Numbered from the stretch's first letter, positions 19,301 to 29,134 are shown. The stretch: DNA of 64,000 nt from an uncultured Chloroflexia bacterium (GCA_963700285.1 CAVOXA010000005.1:128001-192000); one strand, 5' to 3'. Numbers and translations: made by a program. Notes: a model not told the origin generated them from the letters alone.

Positions 19301-21634
19301 TGTGGCGGCAACAAGTATATCCAGGGTACGCTGGTGACCCTGACCGCCACGCCTTACCCCGGCTGGTCCTATTCCGGCTGGGGTGGTGACCTGTCAGGGA
19401 CCACCAACCCGGCGACCCTCTCGATGACCAGCAACAAGACGGTCACCGCCAACTTTGCCCAGGCAAAGTACCTGCTCACCGTCAACAAGATCGGCTCGGG
19501 GACCGTGACCAAGGAGCCGGACAAGGCCGATTACGTCTATGGGGAGCAGGTCAAGCTGACGGCCACCGGCACGGATGGCTACATTTTCGCTGGCTGGAGC
19601 GGCGCCCTATCGGGTACCGTCAGTCCGGCCTGGATCACCATGACCAGCCACAAATCGGTCACTGCCATCTTTGGCAAGGTTGGGCCGGTGCTCTATGGCA
19701 GCCATGTCATCGACGACGACAGTACCCCACCCAGCACTGGAAACAACAACCAGTTTGTGGACTGTGGCGAGCGGGTGGAAATGACCGTCACCCTGTACAA
19801 CCAGGGCCGCGTGGGTGCGGAAGGGGTCCAGGGTACCCTCAGCACCGCTGATTCTTACGTGACTGTCGACGGCAACGCCACCAGTAGCTATGGCACGATC
19901 CCGGGCCTGGGATCGACGCCCAATGTCACCAAGTTCGACTTTGTGGTCAGCCCCGATACGCCTCACCTGCACAGTGCCCAGTTGAACCTGAACGTCACGG
20001 CCACCAACGGTGGCCCCTGGCCGCTCTCCTTCTCGGTGCCAATCTCCTGCATGGAGAACGCGGGCAGAATTGACAAGGCCGTGGTTGCCTCCAGCGACGA
20101 CGCCGAGGAACAGACCTCTAATGGGACCGTTACGGTCATCGACCCCAGCCTGGAGCTCGGCCAGGGCGCCGTGGGCGCCCAGTGGGTCGGGCTGCGCTTC
20201 CAGAATCTAGTCATTCCAAAGGGCGCGACCATCGACACGGCCTACGTCGAGTTTACGGCCGGGCAGGCTGAGAGCGGCTCGACAACACTCAACCTCTACG
20301 GTGAGGCCAGCGACAATTCGCTGCCCTTTAGCACCGCTAGCCAGAACAGCGCGGAGGGTATCGCAACGGCGCCCCAGGAGGCCAGTACCCACAACATCTC
20401 CCTGCGTCAGAAAACCACCGCTTCCGTCTCCTGGCCTTCGGTGCCGGCCTGGTCGGTGGGCCAGCGCTACAACTCGCCCGACCTGGCGCCCATCATCCAG
20501 GAGATTGTCAACCGTGACCAGTGGAAACCAGGCAACGCCCTGGCCCTGCTGGTCCAGGGCACGGGCCGGCGCACGGCCTTTTCCTACGACGGCGGACTGG
20601 CCCTGGCGCCGAGGCTCCACGTGACCTTTGGCGGCGAGCTGACCTGCTACACGCTGACGATGGGCGTGACACCCGCGAGCACCGGCACTGTGGACCGGAA
20701 TCCAGGCGCAAACTGCGGGGCGAACCGGTATCTGGATGGGAGCCAGGTCGTGCTAACGCCCGTCCCGGACCTGGACCATACCTTTGTGAGCTGGAGCGGT
20801 GGCCACACGGGTACCAACAACCCCGCAACGATTATCATGGACGGCGAAAAGACCATCACCGCCACCTTCAAGCCGGCGACCTGCTTTACCCTGACCACGG
20901 GCGTCAACCCGGCGGGCACGGGCATCATCACCCCGAGCATCCCGCCCAACTGCGGCGGCGGCAAGTACGAGACTGGGACCACCGTCCAGTTGCAGGCCAA
21001 TCCCCAGGGGGGGTATATCTTTGACAACTGGACCGGGCCCGGGCTGCCGGCACCCAGCACGGCCAACCCCCTGCCGGTGGTGGTCGACGGGAACAAGACG
21101 CTGACCGCCAATTTTGTTACCTGCAACAGCCTGACGCTGATCCCCATCCCGGCCAACGCCGGAACGGTACAGACGACCCCGGCGCCCGACTGTGGCGAGA
21201 ACATGTTCAAGTCGGGCACCGGCGTGGTGCTCACGGCGGTCCCGCAGCCAGGCTTCGCCTTTGCCAACTGGGGTGGGGCCGTGACGGGGACGGAGAACCC
21301 CACGACCATCTCGGTGATTACCGGCATGGTAGTCACGGCCTTTTTCCAGCAGGGGAGCTGTACTTCGCTCTCGCTGCGGGCGACCCCGGCGGGCGCCGGT
21401 ACGGTCAGCGCCAACCCGCCGCCTGACTGCGAGGGGACCAAGTACACGCCCGGGGTGCAGGTCGAGCTGACGGCCACGCCCAAGACGGGCTACAAGTTCC
21501 TGCGCTGGACCGGGGCCGCGACCGGCACCCAGAACCCGACCAAGGTCGTCGTCGGCATCGCCAACACGGCCACAGCCGTGTTTGGCCTCGCGAAGGTCGA
21601 GTCCACGATTCGGCTACCCGTTATGGCCCGGTAA
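16349..21634 (+). CDS. Large secreted multidomain surface protein (lectin-like domain, about nine InlB-B-like repeats, two 'DDAEE'-type domains, two DDD-GNN-CGE Ig-like domains)
   Basis: 1761-aa ORF with RBS GGAGG, signal peptide, repeated FxGWSG units and C-terminal IRLPVMAR. Confidence 0.85.
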   Translation: MARVRRMGRLVLLFGLLLALVIPASAGPALAGRQPAAPAGGHFVPPGDDGTHGAPADTQEGEGTPAAGPDVQPPLITMWYGSPQSFGALGNPQPEINVVGNVARANTLSYRLNGGSWKQIAIGGVTASVLSHLPEGAPDPLGGLNLGVVPRGAPDLANPGSPELSASARLEYEGDFNVEILTSALQPGSNTLELEAVGDGGKDNETVILNYAKGTTWPMPYNIDWSSVTKLTDAVQVVDGEWQLEADSIRPKVTGYDRMLVLGDLGWKDYEVTVPITIHSFPHPDSGGVGIASRWRGHFQVADEQPGHGWWNIGAYAFVFNRDSSNGGRRLAMFTGHFERVDDSSGYTITEGTTYMFKLRVQTKEAGKSGFYSFKAWEPATESEPSAWLFEEQDVPPDETFSGSVGLLAHDAIASFGDVEVVPVVKVKTTVVGQGVVNVTPALTGQSDVHLFGDSVQLEAVPSLDWAFAGWSGDLDGNVNPKSVLLTGDLDVTATFVPATATRLNVSVAGAGTIGLDPPGPWYGEGQVVKLTPSAAVGWEFSGWSGPNSGEVSNNGDGTWSLTMDADKTLTGTFVKKQYALTTNISGSGSVAKNPDKTNYEHGTVVQLTPNPASGWSFTGWSGDLSGNASPANLLMDGPKTVKAHFRDNNVGPLEYKNHTIDDDLTGGTSGNNDGVANCGETVDLAVGVINQGTVTATGINAALSTDSLYVTWTGSSISLYPDIAASATQNNTTPFGFKVANNAPNGHTITFDLGLSSTNGGLQNDTFDVVVSCAGSEGTVERQVGTGDDDVEQRLEGAQHAGQVFLNGRDLELVVDEGSHQIVGIRFRNVTIPKGAAIAEAYLKFTAKAEDSGQSALIFNTQAADNAPGFTDTAWSISSLPKSTTSVAWNNVPPWPATNVVHQTPNLAPIVQEIVNRSGWTSGNALAFLITGEGTRNAYSHDGSSSKAPQLYIAYGRDPVCYSLNTSALPPGGGTVAALPAPNCGGNKYIQGTLVTLTATPYPGWSYSGWGGDLSGTTNPATLSMTSNKTVTANFAQAKYLLTVNKIGSGTVTKEPDKADYVYGEQVKLTATGTDGYIFAGWSGALSGTVSPAWITMTSHKSVTAIFGKVGPVLYGSHVIDDDSTPPSTGNNNQFVDCGERVEMTVTLYNQGRVGAEGVQGTLSTADSYVTVDGNATSSYGTIPGLGSTPNVTKFDFVVSPDTPHLHSAQLNLNVTATNGGPWPLSFSVPISCMENAGRIDKAVVASSDDAEEQTSNGTVTVIDPSLELGQGAVGAQWVGLRFQNLVIPKGATIDTAYVEFTAGQAESGSTTLNLYGEASDNSLPFSTASQNSAEGIATAPQEASTHNISLRQKTTASVSWPSVPAWSVGQRYNSPDLAPIIQEIVNRDQWKPGNALALLVQGTGRRTAFSYDGGLALAPRLHVTFGGELTCYTLTMGVTPASTGTVDRNPGANCGANRYLDGSQVVLTPVPDLDHTFVSWSGGHTGTNNPATIIMDGEKTITATFKPATCFTLTTGVNPAGTGIITPSIPPNCGGGKYETGTTVQLQANPQGGYIFDNWTGPGLPAPSTANPLPVVVDGNKTLTANFVTCNSLTLIPIPANAGTVQTTPAPDCGENMFKSGTGVVLTAVPQPGFAFANWGGAVTGTENPTTISVITGMVVTAFFQQGSCTSLSLRATPAGAGTVSANPPPDCEGTKYTPGVQVELTATPKTGYKFLRWTGAATGTQNPTKVVVGIANTATAVFGLAKVESTIRLPVMAR

Positions 21635-21803
21635 AAGACCGAGAGGGCTTCTGAGACAGAATAGACCTCCGGGGTTTTCCCACAACCCTGCCTTTGCGGC
21701 CCGAGGCTGCGTGACCCAAGACCGTCGTCCCGGAGGCCCATAGTTGGGGTGGGAAAGTGGTTGCCAGAGTGGGTAATAAGAATAGAGGACTAGAAGGCCC
21801 CTT

Positions 21804-24752
21804 ATGATGCTGCGAGTCCGTCTCGGATTTTTGACAGCGATCCTTTGTCTTGTGGTGTTGCTAGTGGTCCTGGCCGTGGGCGCGTCGAGCCCTGAGGCGG
21901 TCGCCCAGGCTCCCGCCGGCGCCCTATCCAGCGGGCTGCGGCTTGGCTCCGCCCAGGGTTCGGTGGTTGACGCCAATTTGGAGCTGGTGCTGGGCCAATC
22001 TTCGGATGACGCCGAAGAAGATATCACCACCTTCCTGGTTACCTTGAGTAGTACCGATCTCGAGCTTGGCGCGGACGACGATGGCGCTCAGACCGTAGGT
22101 TTGCGATTCGCAGGTGCAACCATCCCCCGGGACACGCTCATTGTCGAGGCTCATCTCGAGTTCACCGCCGACGAAATCGGCAGCGTACCCACGTCCCTGG
22201 TCTTTCAGGGTGAGGCCAGCGACGATGCTGCCACCTTTTCCTCGAGTTCTGGCAACGTTAGCGGGCGACCCCTGACCAGCGCGTCGGTGAACTGGGACAA
22301 TGTCCCCGCCTGGGACACGGTGGGCGGTACGTACCTGAGTCCCGATCTGTCGTCCATCGTCCAGGAAACCGTAAACCGCGTGGCTTGGACTCCTGGAAGT
22401 GCGATGGCCTTTGTCATCACTGGCACGGGCCGGCGTACGGCAGAGTCTTTCAATGGAGACCCCGCACTGGCCCCGCGCCTGCACATCACCTATCAGGCTT
22501 GTTACAGCTTGACTATCAGCGTGGAGCCTGCAAACTCGGGCGTGGTGACCCTCCAGCCGCCAGCCAACTGCGACGATGGACGGTACCTGGAGGGGACCGA
22601 GGTTCAGTTGCAGGCTGTCCCAGCGGCCGGCCATGATTTTGTTGGATGGGGTGGCGATGCATCGGGAAGCGCCAATCCCGGGACCTTTGTCATGGATGCT
22701 GACAAGGCAGTCGTAGCCCGGTTTGCTGAGCTTCCTTCCGGTTCGGTGATGCAGATGGTCAGCCAATCTTCAGATGATGCGGAAGAACTGGCAAGTACCG
22801 GCGCTGTCTCTCTCAAGAGTACCGATCTGGAACTGGGCGAAGACTATGAAGGGGCGCAGATCGTGGGCCTACGTTTTCAAGACCTCAACATCCCCAGGGG
22901 GGCGGCCATCAGCCAGGCCTACCTGGAGTTCACTGCCGATAGGGTTGAGGACGAACTCGCCTCGCTCGAATTCCGGGGGCAGGCCATTGACGACGCGCCT
23001 ACCTTCAACCGGGCTGGGCACGATATCTCCGGACGTAGTGGGACCTCGGCCTCTATAGCCTGGAGCAACGTGCCTCCCTGGACCAAGGCGGAGGAGGTTT
23101 ACAGGTCGCCCGATCTATCCTCCATCGTTCAGGAGATCGTCAGCCGCCCTGGCTGGAGCTCGAGCAATTCGATGGTGTTTATGGTCACTGGGTCAGGGAA
23201 GCGGGCTGCCGTCTCGTTTGACGGTGCCGAGCTGGACTCTCAGCCGGGTTGGGTTCCGCGCTTATTTGTCCACTTTGTCGGCGAGCCTGCCTGCTACAGC
23301 CTTGTCACCAGCCCCAGTCCCAGCAATGGCGGGGTGGTTGACGTGAGCCCGGATCCCGATTGCGACGGAGGAAAGTACCTGGAGGGGACCGAGGTCCAAT
23401 TGACGGTCCATCCCGCCTCGGACTGGGGTTTTGATCGCTGGAGTGGGGACGGCGCAGGTACTGCGAACTCGATTACTGTCACCATGGACAGCCCCAAGGT
23501 AGTCATCGCCAACTTTACCCAGGATTGCTATAGCCTGAGTACTGGCCTGCAACCTGCTGGCAGCGGTATTGTGCAAGTCAGTCCACCGCCAGGCTGTGAG
23601 GGAGGCCGCTACCTTGCTGGCACGCAGCTGCAATTGAGCGCTGACCCGGGTGCTGGTCATTGGTTTGCAGCCTGGAGTGGCGATGCCATGGGTGGCGGGA
23701 ATCCCATGACGTTGACGATGACGGGACCCAAGTCGGTTACGGCCAATTTCGTGACCGAGTGCTTTAGCCTGACGGTGACCCTGGTTCCGACTACTGGCGG
23801 CACGGTGAGCCCCGCGCCGCCGCCAAACTGCGGCAAAGAACACTATGTCGCCGGAAGCGATGTGCTGCTTACGGCCGAGCCTGCGGAGGACTATCAGTTC
23901 GCTGCCTGGAGTGGAGACGTCGAGAGCAGCGAGAATGCGGTCGAGGCTACCATCGATAGCGCCAAGGTGGTCACAGCCACGTTTACGCCCGACTGCTTTG
24001 GCCTTACCACGGTGGTCAGTCCGCCTGGTAGCGGCTCGCTCGGCATCGACCCCCCGCCGGACTGCGCCGGTGACATGTATACGGCCGGTACCCAGGTCCG
24101 CTTGACGGCTGGCCCAGCCGGAGGCAAGGTGTTCTCCACCTGGAGCGGGGATGCAGCGGGCAGTACCAATCCCCTGACCGTCACCCTGGATACCGACCTG
24201 TCCATCGCAGCCAACTTTGTGGACTGGTGCCACTTGCTGGATGTGAGTATCAATCCCACAGGCACCGGTTCAGTCGACGCCTTTCCTCCTCCGAACTGCA
24301 ATACCGTCGTAGGCGATACCAGGTATACCCTCGGGACGCAGGTCCAACTGACCGCCAGGCCGATCCCGGGCAAGCGATTTGACAATTGGAGCGGACACCT
24401 GATCAGCGACGAAAACCCTGTCGTCGTCACCCTGGATACCGACCTGTCCATCATAGCCAACTTTGTGGACTGGTGCTACTTGCTGGATGTGAGTATCAAT
24501 CCCACAGGCACCGGTTCAGTCGACGCCTTTCCTCCTCCGAACTGCAATATCGTCGCAGGCGATACCAGGTATACCCCCGGGACGCAGGTCCAACTGACCG
24601 CCAGGCCGATCCCGGGCAAGCGATTTGACAATTGGAGCGGACACCTGATCAGCGACGAAAACCCTGTCGTCGTCACTCTTGATGCCGACAAAGCGGTCAC
24701 GGCCAATTTCGGTGTGACTGCCTATCTGCCCTTGGTGCTCCGCGGCGACTGA
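21804..24752 (+). CDS. Secreted protein with two 'SSDDAEE' domains and seven InlB-B-like repeats
   Basis: Signal peptide, repeated C..L...P.P.C...Y..GT.V.L.A.P..F..WSG units and C-terminal AYLPLVLRGD. Confidence 0.85.
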   Translation: MMLRVRLGFLTAILCLVVLLVVLAVGASSPEAVAQAPAGALSSGLRLGSAQGSVVDANLELVLGQSSDDAEEDITTFLVTLSSTDLELGADDDGAQTVGLRFAGATIPRDTLIVEAHLEFTADEIGSVPTSLVFQGEASDDAATFSSSSGNVSGRPLTSASVNWDNVPAWDTVGGTYLSPDLSSIVQETVNRVAWTPGSAMAFVITGTGRRTAESFNGDPALAPRLHITYQACYSLTISVEPANSGVVTLQPPANCDDGRYLEGTEVQLQAVPAAGHDFVGWGGDASGSANPGTFVMDADKAVVARFAELPSGSVMQMVSQSSDDAEELASTGAVSLKSTDLELGEDYEGAQIVGLRFQDLNIPRGAAISQAYLEFTADRVEDELASLEFRGQAIDDAPTFNRAGHDISGRSGTSASIAWSNVPPWTKAEEVYRSPDLSSIVQEIVSRPGWSSSNSMVFMVTGSGKRAAVSFDGAELDSQPGWVPRLFVHFVGEPACYSLVTSPSPSNGGVVDVSPDPDCDGGKYLEGTEVQLTVHPASDWGFDRWSGDGAGTANSITVTMDSPKVVIANFTQDCYSLSTGLQPAGSGIVQVSPPPGCEGGRYLAGTQLQLSADPGAGHWFAAWSGDAMGGGNPMTLTMTGPKSVTANFVTECFSLTVTLVPTTGGTVSPAPPPNCGKEHYVAGSDVLLTAEPAEDYQFAAWSGDVESSENAVEATIDSAKVVTATFTPDCFGLTTVVSPPGSGSLGIDPPPDCAGDMYTAGTQVRLTAGPAGGKVFSTWSGDAAGSTNPLTVTLDTDLSIAANFVDWCHLLDVSINPTGTGSVDAFPPPNCNTVVGDTRYTLGTQVQLTARPIPGKRFDNWSGHLISDENPVVVTLDTDLSIIANFVDWCYLLDVSINPTGTGSVDAFPPPNCNIVAGDTRYTPGTQVQLTARPIPGKRFDNWSGHLISDENPVVVTLDADKAVTANFGVTAYLPLVLRGD
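24180..24676 (+). repeat. Near-perfect intragenic tandem duplication, 246-bp period (82 aa)
   Basis: 24180-24430 versus 24426-24676 differ at only about six positions. Confidence 0.92.
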
Positions 24753-24803
24753 ATTCACGAGGCTTCCAGCATTATCCTCTCCCTCCTGCGCCCCCGTCTA
24801 CCC

Positions 24804-24844
24804 CTACGCTTGCCGCCCCCCCGAGGTGGGGGCGGCAAGCGTAG
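24804..24844. terminator. Strong hairpin after the repeat-protein cluster
   Basis: CTACGCTTGCCGCCCCC...GGGGGCGGCAAGCGTAG. Confidence 0.6.
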
Positions 24845-24897
24845 AGAAGGCAGCAGCATGCGCCAAGATGAGAATCACTGTACATAACTCCAGGCGA

Positions 24898-24926
24898 TTG
24901 ACAGACGCTGCTCTATCTGGTATAAT
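24898..24926 (+). promoter_or_regulatory. Consensus sigma70 promoter
   Basis: TTGACA-17 nt-TATAAT with extended -10 TG. Confidence 0.8.
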
Positions 24927-25116
24927 GGATCCGCTCTGAACCTTGTACTATCGTGCTCTCATCACAGCCCTACTCCTGCCACGTCGTGACCGCTATCAGG
25001 GGTAGAATGACCGAATCCATGATCTGGAGCCGGGATTTCACCCCGCAGCCCGTTCGGGATCCCGGAGACAGATGACCGGGGACCTGGCCCAGAGCCCCAT
25101 GAGAAAGGAGAAACCG

Positions 25117-26256
25117 ATGGCCGTAGACGTATATGAGCGATTGGCACACTTTCTTGATGACCTCCCCAGTGGCTATCCGTCCACAGAGTCCGGAGTCGAG
25201 CTGCGCATCCTGAGGCGGCTCTTTACCCCCGAAGAGGCCGAGCTGGCCATGCACCTGAGCCTCATCGCCGAGGAGGCCCGGGTCGTCGCCAGGCGGGCCA
25301 AACTCCCGGTGGGTGAGGTCAGCCAGCGGCTCAAAGAAATGGAGCAGAAAGGCTTGGTATTTGTCCAGTATGGAGCGGGCAAGCCGCCCCAATACATGGC
25401 CACCCATTTCGCCGTCGGCTTTTACGAGTACCAGGTGAACAAGCTAGAACCGGAACTCGCTCATGACCTGGACGAGTACTTTGCTACCTTCTTTCGTCAT
25501 GACCTATGGCAGAAAGCTCCGCAGATCCGCACGGTTCCGGTCGGCGAAAGCATCGACGCCCAGTTGGCGGTGATGGACTATGAGCGAGCTGAGAGCTTGG
25601 TCCGGGCCCAGCACAAATTCTCCGTCGCCCCCTGCGTCTGCCGTCAGGAGAAACAGCTTACTGGCGACGGCTGTGACAAGCCGCTAGAAGTCTGCATGGG
25701 CTTTGGCGATGGAGCAGAGTTCTATATCCGCAACGGCTGGGGACGGGCCATTGATCTGGCGGAGGCCCTGGCTGTCCTGAAGCAGGCCGAGGAGGCTGGG
25801 TTGGTGCTCCAGCCCAGCAATTCCAAGGACGCGGCCTTTATCTGCGCCTGCTGTGGCTGTTGCTGCGGTGTCCTGACCAACGTGAAGCGCCACCCCAAGC
25901 CGGCGAGCATCATGTCCAGCGCCTTTGTGGCCGTCCTGGACGGGGACCTGTGCGACGGTTGCGGGATCTGCGGTACGCGCTGCCAGATGGAGGCCATCGC
26001 CGTCGACAACGGCTATGCAGCGCTCGATCTGGACCGCTGCATTGGCTGCGGCCTGTGTGTTACCACCTGTCCCTCTGAGGCCTTGAGCCTGGCGCGCAAG
26101 CCCGAGGCGGATCAGTCCTTTGTGCCCAAGGACTTTGTCGAAACCACCATCCGGCTGGGCCAGGCCCGGGGAAAACTGGGCACGCCTGAGTTGATCGGCA
26201 TGATGGTGCGCTCCAAAGTCGACCGCCTACTGGCGCCGAGAGCAGACTCCTATTAA
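25117..26256 (+). CDS. 4Fe-4S binding protein (N-terminal HTH-like region, ICxCCxCCC motif, two-cluster ferredoxin domain)
   Basis: AAGGAG RBS; CVCR, ICACCGCCCG, CDGCGICGTRC and CIGCGLCVTTCP motifs. Confidence 0.88.
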   Translation: MAVDVYERLAHFLDDLPSGYPSTESGVELRILRRLFTPEEAELAMHLSLIAEEARVVARRAKLPVGEVSQRLKEMEQKGLVFVQYGAGKPPQYMATHFAVGFYEYQVNKLEPELAHDLDEYFATFFRHDLWQKAPQIRTVPVGESIDAQLAVMDYERAESLVRAQHKFSVAPCVCRQEKQLTGDGCDKPLEVCMGFGDGAEFYIRNGWGRAIDLAEALAVLKQAEEAGLVLQPSNSKDAAFICACCGCCCGVLTNVKRHPKPASIMSSAFVAVLDGDLCDGCGICGTRCQMEAIAVDNGYAALDLDRCIGCGLCVTTCPSEALSLARKPEADQSFVPKDFVETTIRLGQARGKLGTPELIGMMVRSKVDRLLAPRADSY

Positions 26257-26355
26257 GCGCCCGAAGAGCGGAGCATCCTTGATGTGGAACGGGTTTTTCC
26301 TGGGCGTCCTATGTCCGTTCGCATCGAGGGTGCTTTCTCCGCGGGGAGGGGATAC

Positions 26356-27777
26356 TCATGCCCCAAGCTCCTCTCGCCCGATACGGATAATCTCGTCAAG
26401 GATGCGGTCAACGTCTTCGTGCGTCGTCCGTAGATTCATGAAACAGGCCCGCAGGCAGAACTTTCCGCTCACCTGCGCCCGGCCAAGGAATGCGACATCC
26501 TCGGAGAGCAGGCGGGCGAGCACGCGCTCGTTCTGCGAGTCTGAGAGTTCGCGGCATCGCACGCAGACCGCATTCAGCGTGACCGGCGCCATCAGCTCCA
26601 ATGACGGCTCGATGCGGGCCCGCTCCCCCATGTAGGCGGCCAGGTCGCACAGATCATCCATCGCCTGGGCGTAGGCCTTTCGCCCGAAGGCGCGTAGCGA
26701 CCACCAGACCTTCAGCGCCTTGAAGCTGCGCGAAAGTTGGGGACCATATTCGGCATAATTTATCAAGTCGGCATCGGACTCCATCGACAGGTAGCTGGGG
26801 ACAAAACTGAAGGTGGATTTCATAGCCTGTGCATCGCGCACCAGAAGGCAGCCGGCCTCCAGCGGAGCAAACAGGAACTTGTGCGGGTCCAGCGACAGGG
26901 AATGAGCCCGGCCTGCCGGCTGCAGCTTGGGTCGCAGCTTGTCACTGAGAACCGCTAGGGCGCCATAGGCCCCGTCGATGTGCAGCCACAGGCCTTCCTC
27001 CCCGCAGAAATCTGCCAGCTCATCCAATGGATCGATGGCTCCGGTCGTAACGGTCCCGGCTGACCCAACCACGCAGAAGGGGCTCAAGCCCGCGCGCCGG
27101 TCCTCCAGGACCGCCTCCTCAAGCAGATCCATGCGCATCCGGAACTGTTTGTCGCACGGGATGTGCCGGACGTGGTCCAGCCCCAGTCCCAAAATCACGG
27201 CTGCCTTGTCGCTGCTGTTGTGGACCTGGTCCGAAAGGTAGAGCCTCAGCGGTGAGTTTCTCGACTGGATCCCTTCCCTTCGCGCAGAAGCCCCGAGATA
27301 GGTGTCACGAGCGATGGTCAATGCCGTCAGGTTGGCCATGGAACCGCCGCTGGTGATGATGCCGCCGCTGCCCTCGGGAAAGGAGAAAAGCTCGTGGAAC
27401 CAGGAGATGACGCGCTGTTCGATGGCGTTGGCCGCCGGTGACAGCGTCCACATGTTGCAGTTCTGATTCAGGGTGCTGGCCAGCGCATCAGCGATAGCTG
27501 AGATGCCGTTGGGCGAGGGCAGTACGTAGGGCAGAAAGCGTGGATGCGCTACGTTGGTGGAATTCGCTACGATAACCTCACGGAACTCGTGAAACAATTC
27601 CTCGATCGTTTTCCCCTCTTCGGGGAAAGGCTCATTCAGGATCGTCTGCATCGCCTCCCGGTTGATCTCGGGCAGCACTGGCCGGCCACGAAGCTCGGCT
27701 TCATAGTCCGCCAGAAACTCTCCCAGGTGGCGTGCTGTTTCGCGGTGTTCTTCAGGCTCAAACAAGAGCGTATTCAT
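26356..27777 (-). CDS. PLP-dependent group II amino acid decarboxylase
   Basis: HPRF, SGGSMANL, AGTVTTGAIDPL, HIDGAYG and DPHK (PLP lysine) motifs. Confidence 0.92.
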   Translation of the reverse strand: MNTLLFEPEEHRETARHLGEFLADYEAELRGRPVLPEINREAMQTILNEPFPEEGKTIEELFHEFREVIVANSTNVAHPRFLPYVLPSPNGISAIADALASTLNQNCNMWTLSPAANAIEQRVISWFHELFSFPEGSGGIITSGGSMANLTALTIARDTYLGASARREGIQSRNSPLRLYLSDQVHNSSDKAAVILGLGLDHVRHIPCDKQFRMRMDLLEEAVLEDRRAGLSPFCVVGSAGTVTTGAIDPLDELADFCGEEGLWLHIDGAYGALAVLSDKLRPKLQPAGRAHSLSLDPHKFLFAPLEAGCLLVRDAQAMKSTFSFVPSYLSMESDADLINYAEYGPQLSRSFKALKVWWSLRAFGRKAYAQAMDDLCDLAAYMGERARIEPSLELMAPVTLNAVCVRCRELSDSQNERVLARLLSEDVAFLGRAQVSGKFCLRACFMNLRTTHEDVDRILDEIIRIGREELGA

Positions 27778-27865
27778 GGATTGTCCGCCTCGATTGTCCA
27801 GGATTTTACATCATGCCTGGTGTACCGGTGAACGCCCGCAGTTGTTTACCGTCGACACTGGGTAC

Positions 27866-27894
27866 ATTATGCAACCCGGTGCCTTTTCTGTCAA
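27866..27894 (-). promoter_or_regulatory. Sigma70-like promoter for the decarboxylase
   Basis: Minus strand TTGACA-17 nt-CATAAT. Confidence 0.6.
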
Positions 27895-28441
27895 ACCGAT
27901 GCTCCTAAGGTTTTGCCACGACCGGCAACAGCACCAATGGGTCGGCAGTGCGCCAGGGCTTGATCGAGCTGGGTGCTCTGGCAGACATCTCTGCATCAAG
28001 ACCCTGAGACATGCCTGGACCGCATCCCGGCCCGACCCGTATCCTCCACCGCCCTCCAGCGGTATATGATTGAACAATCCCAGAGGCCGGTCGCAAGCGT
28101 TTGTACTCTAAGCTGCCTGGTGTTATACTTCTCCGGAGACAACAAGACCGCCTCGCGGCCCTCACCAGCCCGAGGCAAGACCCCAATGCCCGGTGGGCGT
28201 CAGGGCAGCCGTATCGTATGCAACTGCTTTCTGCCTGCCGCAAAGGGTGATACTTGATGCGTGGTGGTTGATCTGGGCCGTCGATCTGCCACCCTCAGCG
28301 ATCGATGTGTGTCGATCGGGAGGAGCCGGGTTGCGACCCGCAGTGCCCCTTGATCTCAAGGGGACAACTTGCCGGGAGGGACAGATGCCGGAGAATCGGG
28401 TGGCACCCGCAGGCGACATAGGCAGGGAATCTGGCGCACGC

Positions 28442-29134
28442 ATGGCGGCCAACGCTGCGCTCCTGGTGAGCGATGATCGCGAGGTGGGCGGCCTGTGGGC
28501 CTACGCCCTGCGCCAGATGGGGCTGGAGGTCACACTGGCCGCCTCGGCCGCCGACGCGCTGGCCAGGTGGGAGCAGGACGCCTTTGACCTGTTCGTGATC
28601 GACGTCTGCGGACCGGCCCTGGATGGCATCGAGCTCGCCCGGCGACTGCGGGCCGGGGCGGTCAATCCCATCCTGCTGTTCACCGCCAACCGCGATGAAG
28701 GGCACACCCTGGCGGCCTACCAGGCGGGGGTGGACGAAAGCGTCGTCAAGCCGGTCAGCCCCTCGGTCTTTCTGGCCAAGGTGCGGGTCTGGCTGCGCCG
28801 TTCTTGGACAGTGCCGGCCAGGGCTCTCCATACGGTTCAGGCGGGCAAGCTGTGCCTGGATCCAGCCAGGCGACAACTGGTCACCGAGAGCGGTTCCATC
28901 ATCAAGCTCACCAACCTTGAGTTTCGGGTGCTGCACCTGTTGATGAGCCACCGTGGCCAGGTGCTCCCCGTCGAGCTGATCGTGGACCGCGTGTGGGGTT
29001 ATAGCGGTGGCGGCGACAGCGTTCTGCTCAAGAACGTGGTCTACCGCCTGCGACGCAAGATGGAGCCCGATCCTGGAGAACCTCGCTATCTGCAGACGGT
29101 AGCCGGAGAGGGCTACGTCTTTTACTCAAGCTGA
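28442..29134 (+). CDS. OmpR/PhoB-family response regulator (no adjacent kinase)
   Basis: Receiver domain (SDD, VID, FTA, KP) plus winged helix (LTNLEFRVL, VWG, RLRRKME, TVAGEGY). Start may be 28385. Confidence 0.9.
   Translation: MAANAALLVSDDREVGGLWAYALRQMGLEVTLAASAADALARWEQDAFDLFVIDVCGPALDGIELARRLRAGAVNPILLFTANRDEGHTLAAYQAGVDESVVKPVSPSVFLAKVRVWLRRSWTVPARALHTVQAGKLCLDPARRQLVTESGSIIKLTNLEFRVLHLLMSHRGQVLPVELIVDRVWGYSGGGDSVLLKNVVYRLRRKMEPDPGEPRYLQTVAGEGYVFYSS

Noticed and set aside
21122-21131. TGCAACAGCC matching the MITE end
   Set aside because: It lies in-frame in an intact CDS (CNS codons) with no partner end or target duplication.
24180-24676. Near-identical repeats as a diversity-generating retroelement TR/VR pair (also 41022 versus 63775)
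   Set aside because: Differences are not adenine-specific in one direction, and there is no reverse transcriptase in the window.
14651-25001. Shared 13-mer ACCGCTATCAGGG in two leaders (14651 and 24989)
   Set aside because: About one such match is expected by chance in this amount of intergenic DNA; it is not palindromic and there is no third exact copy.
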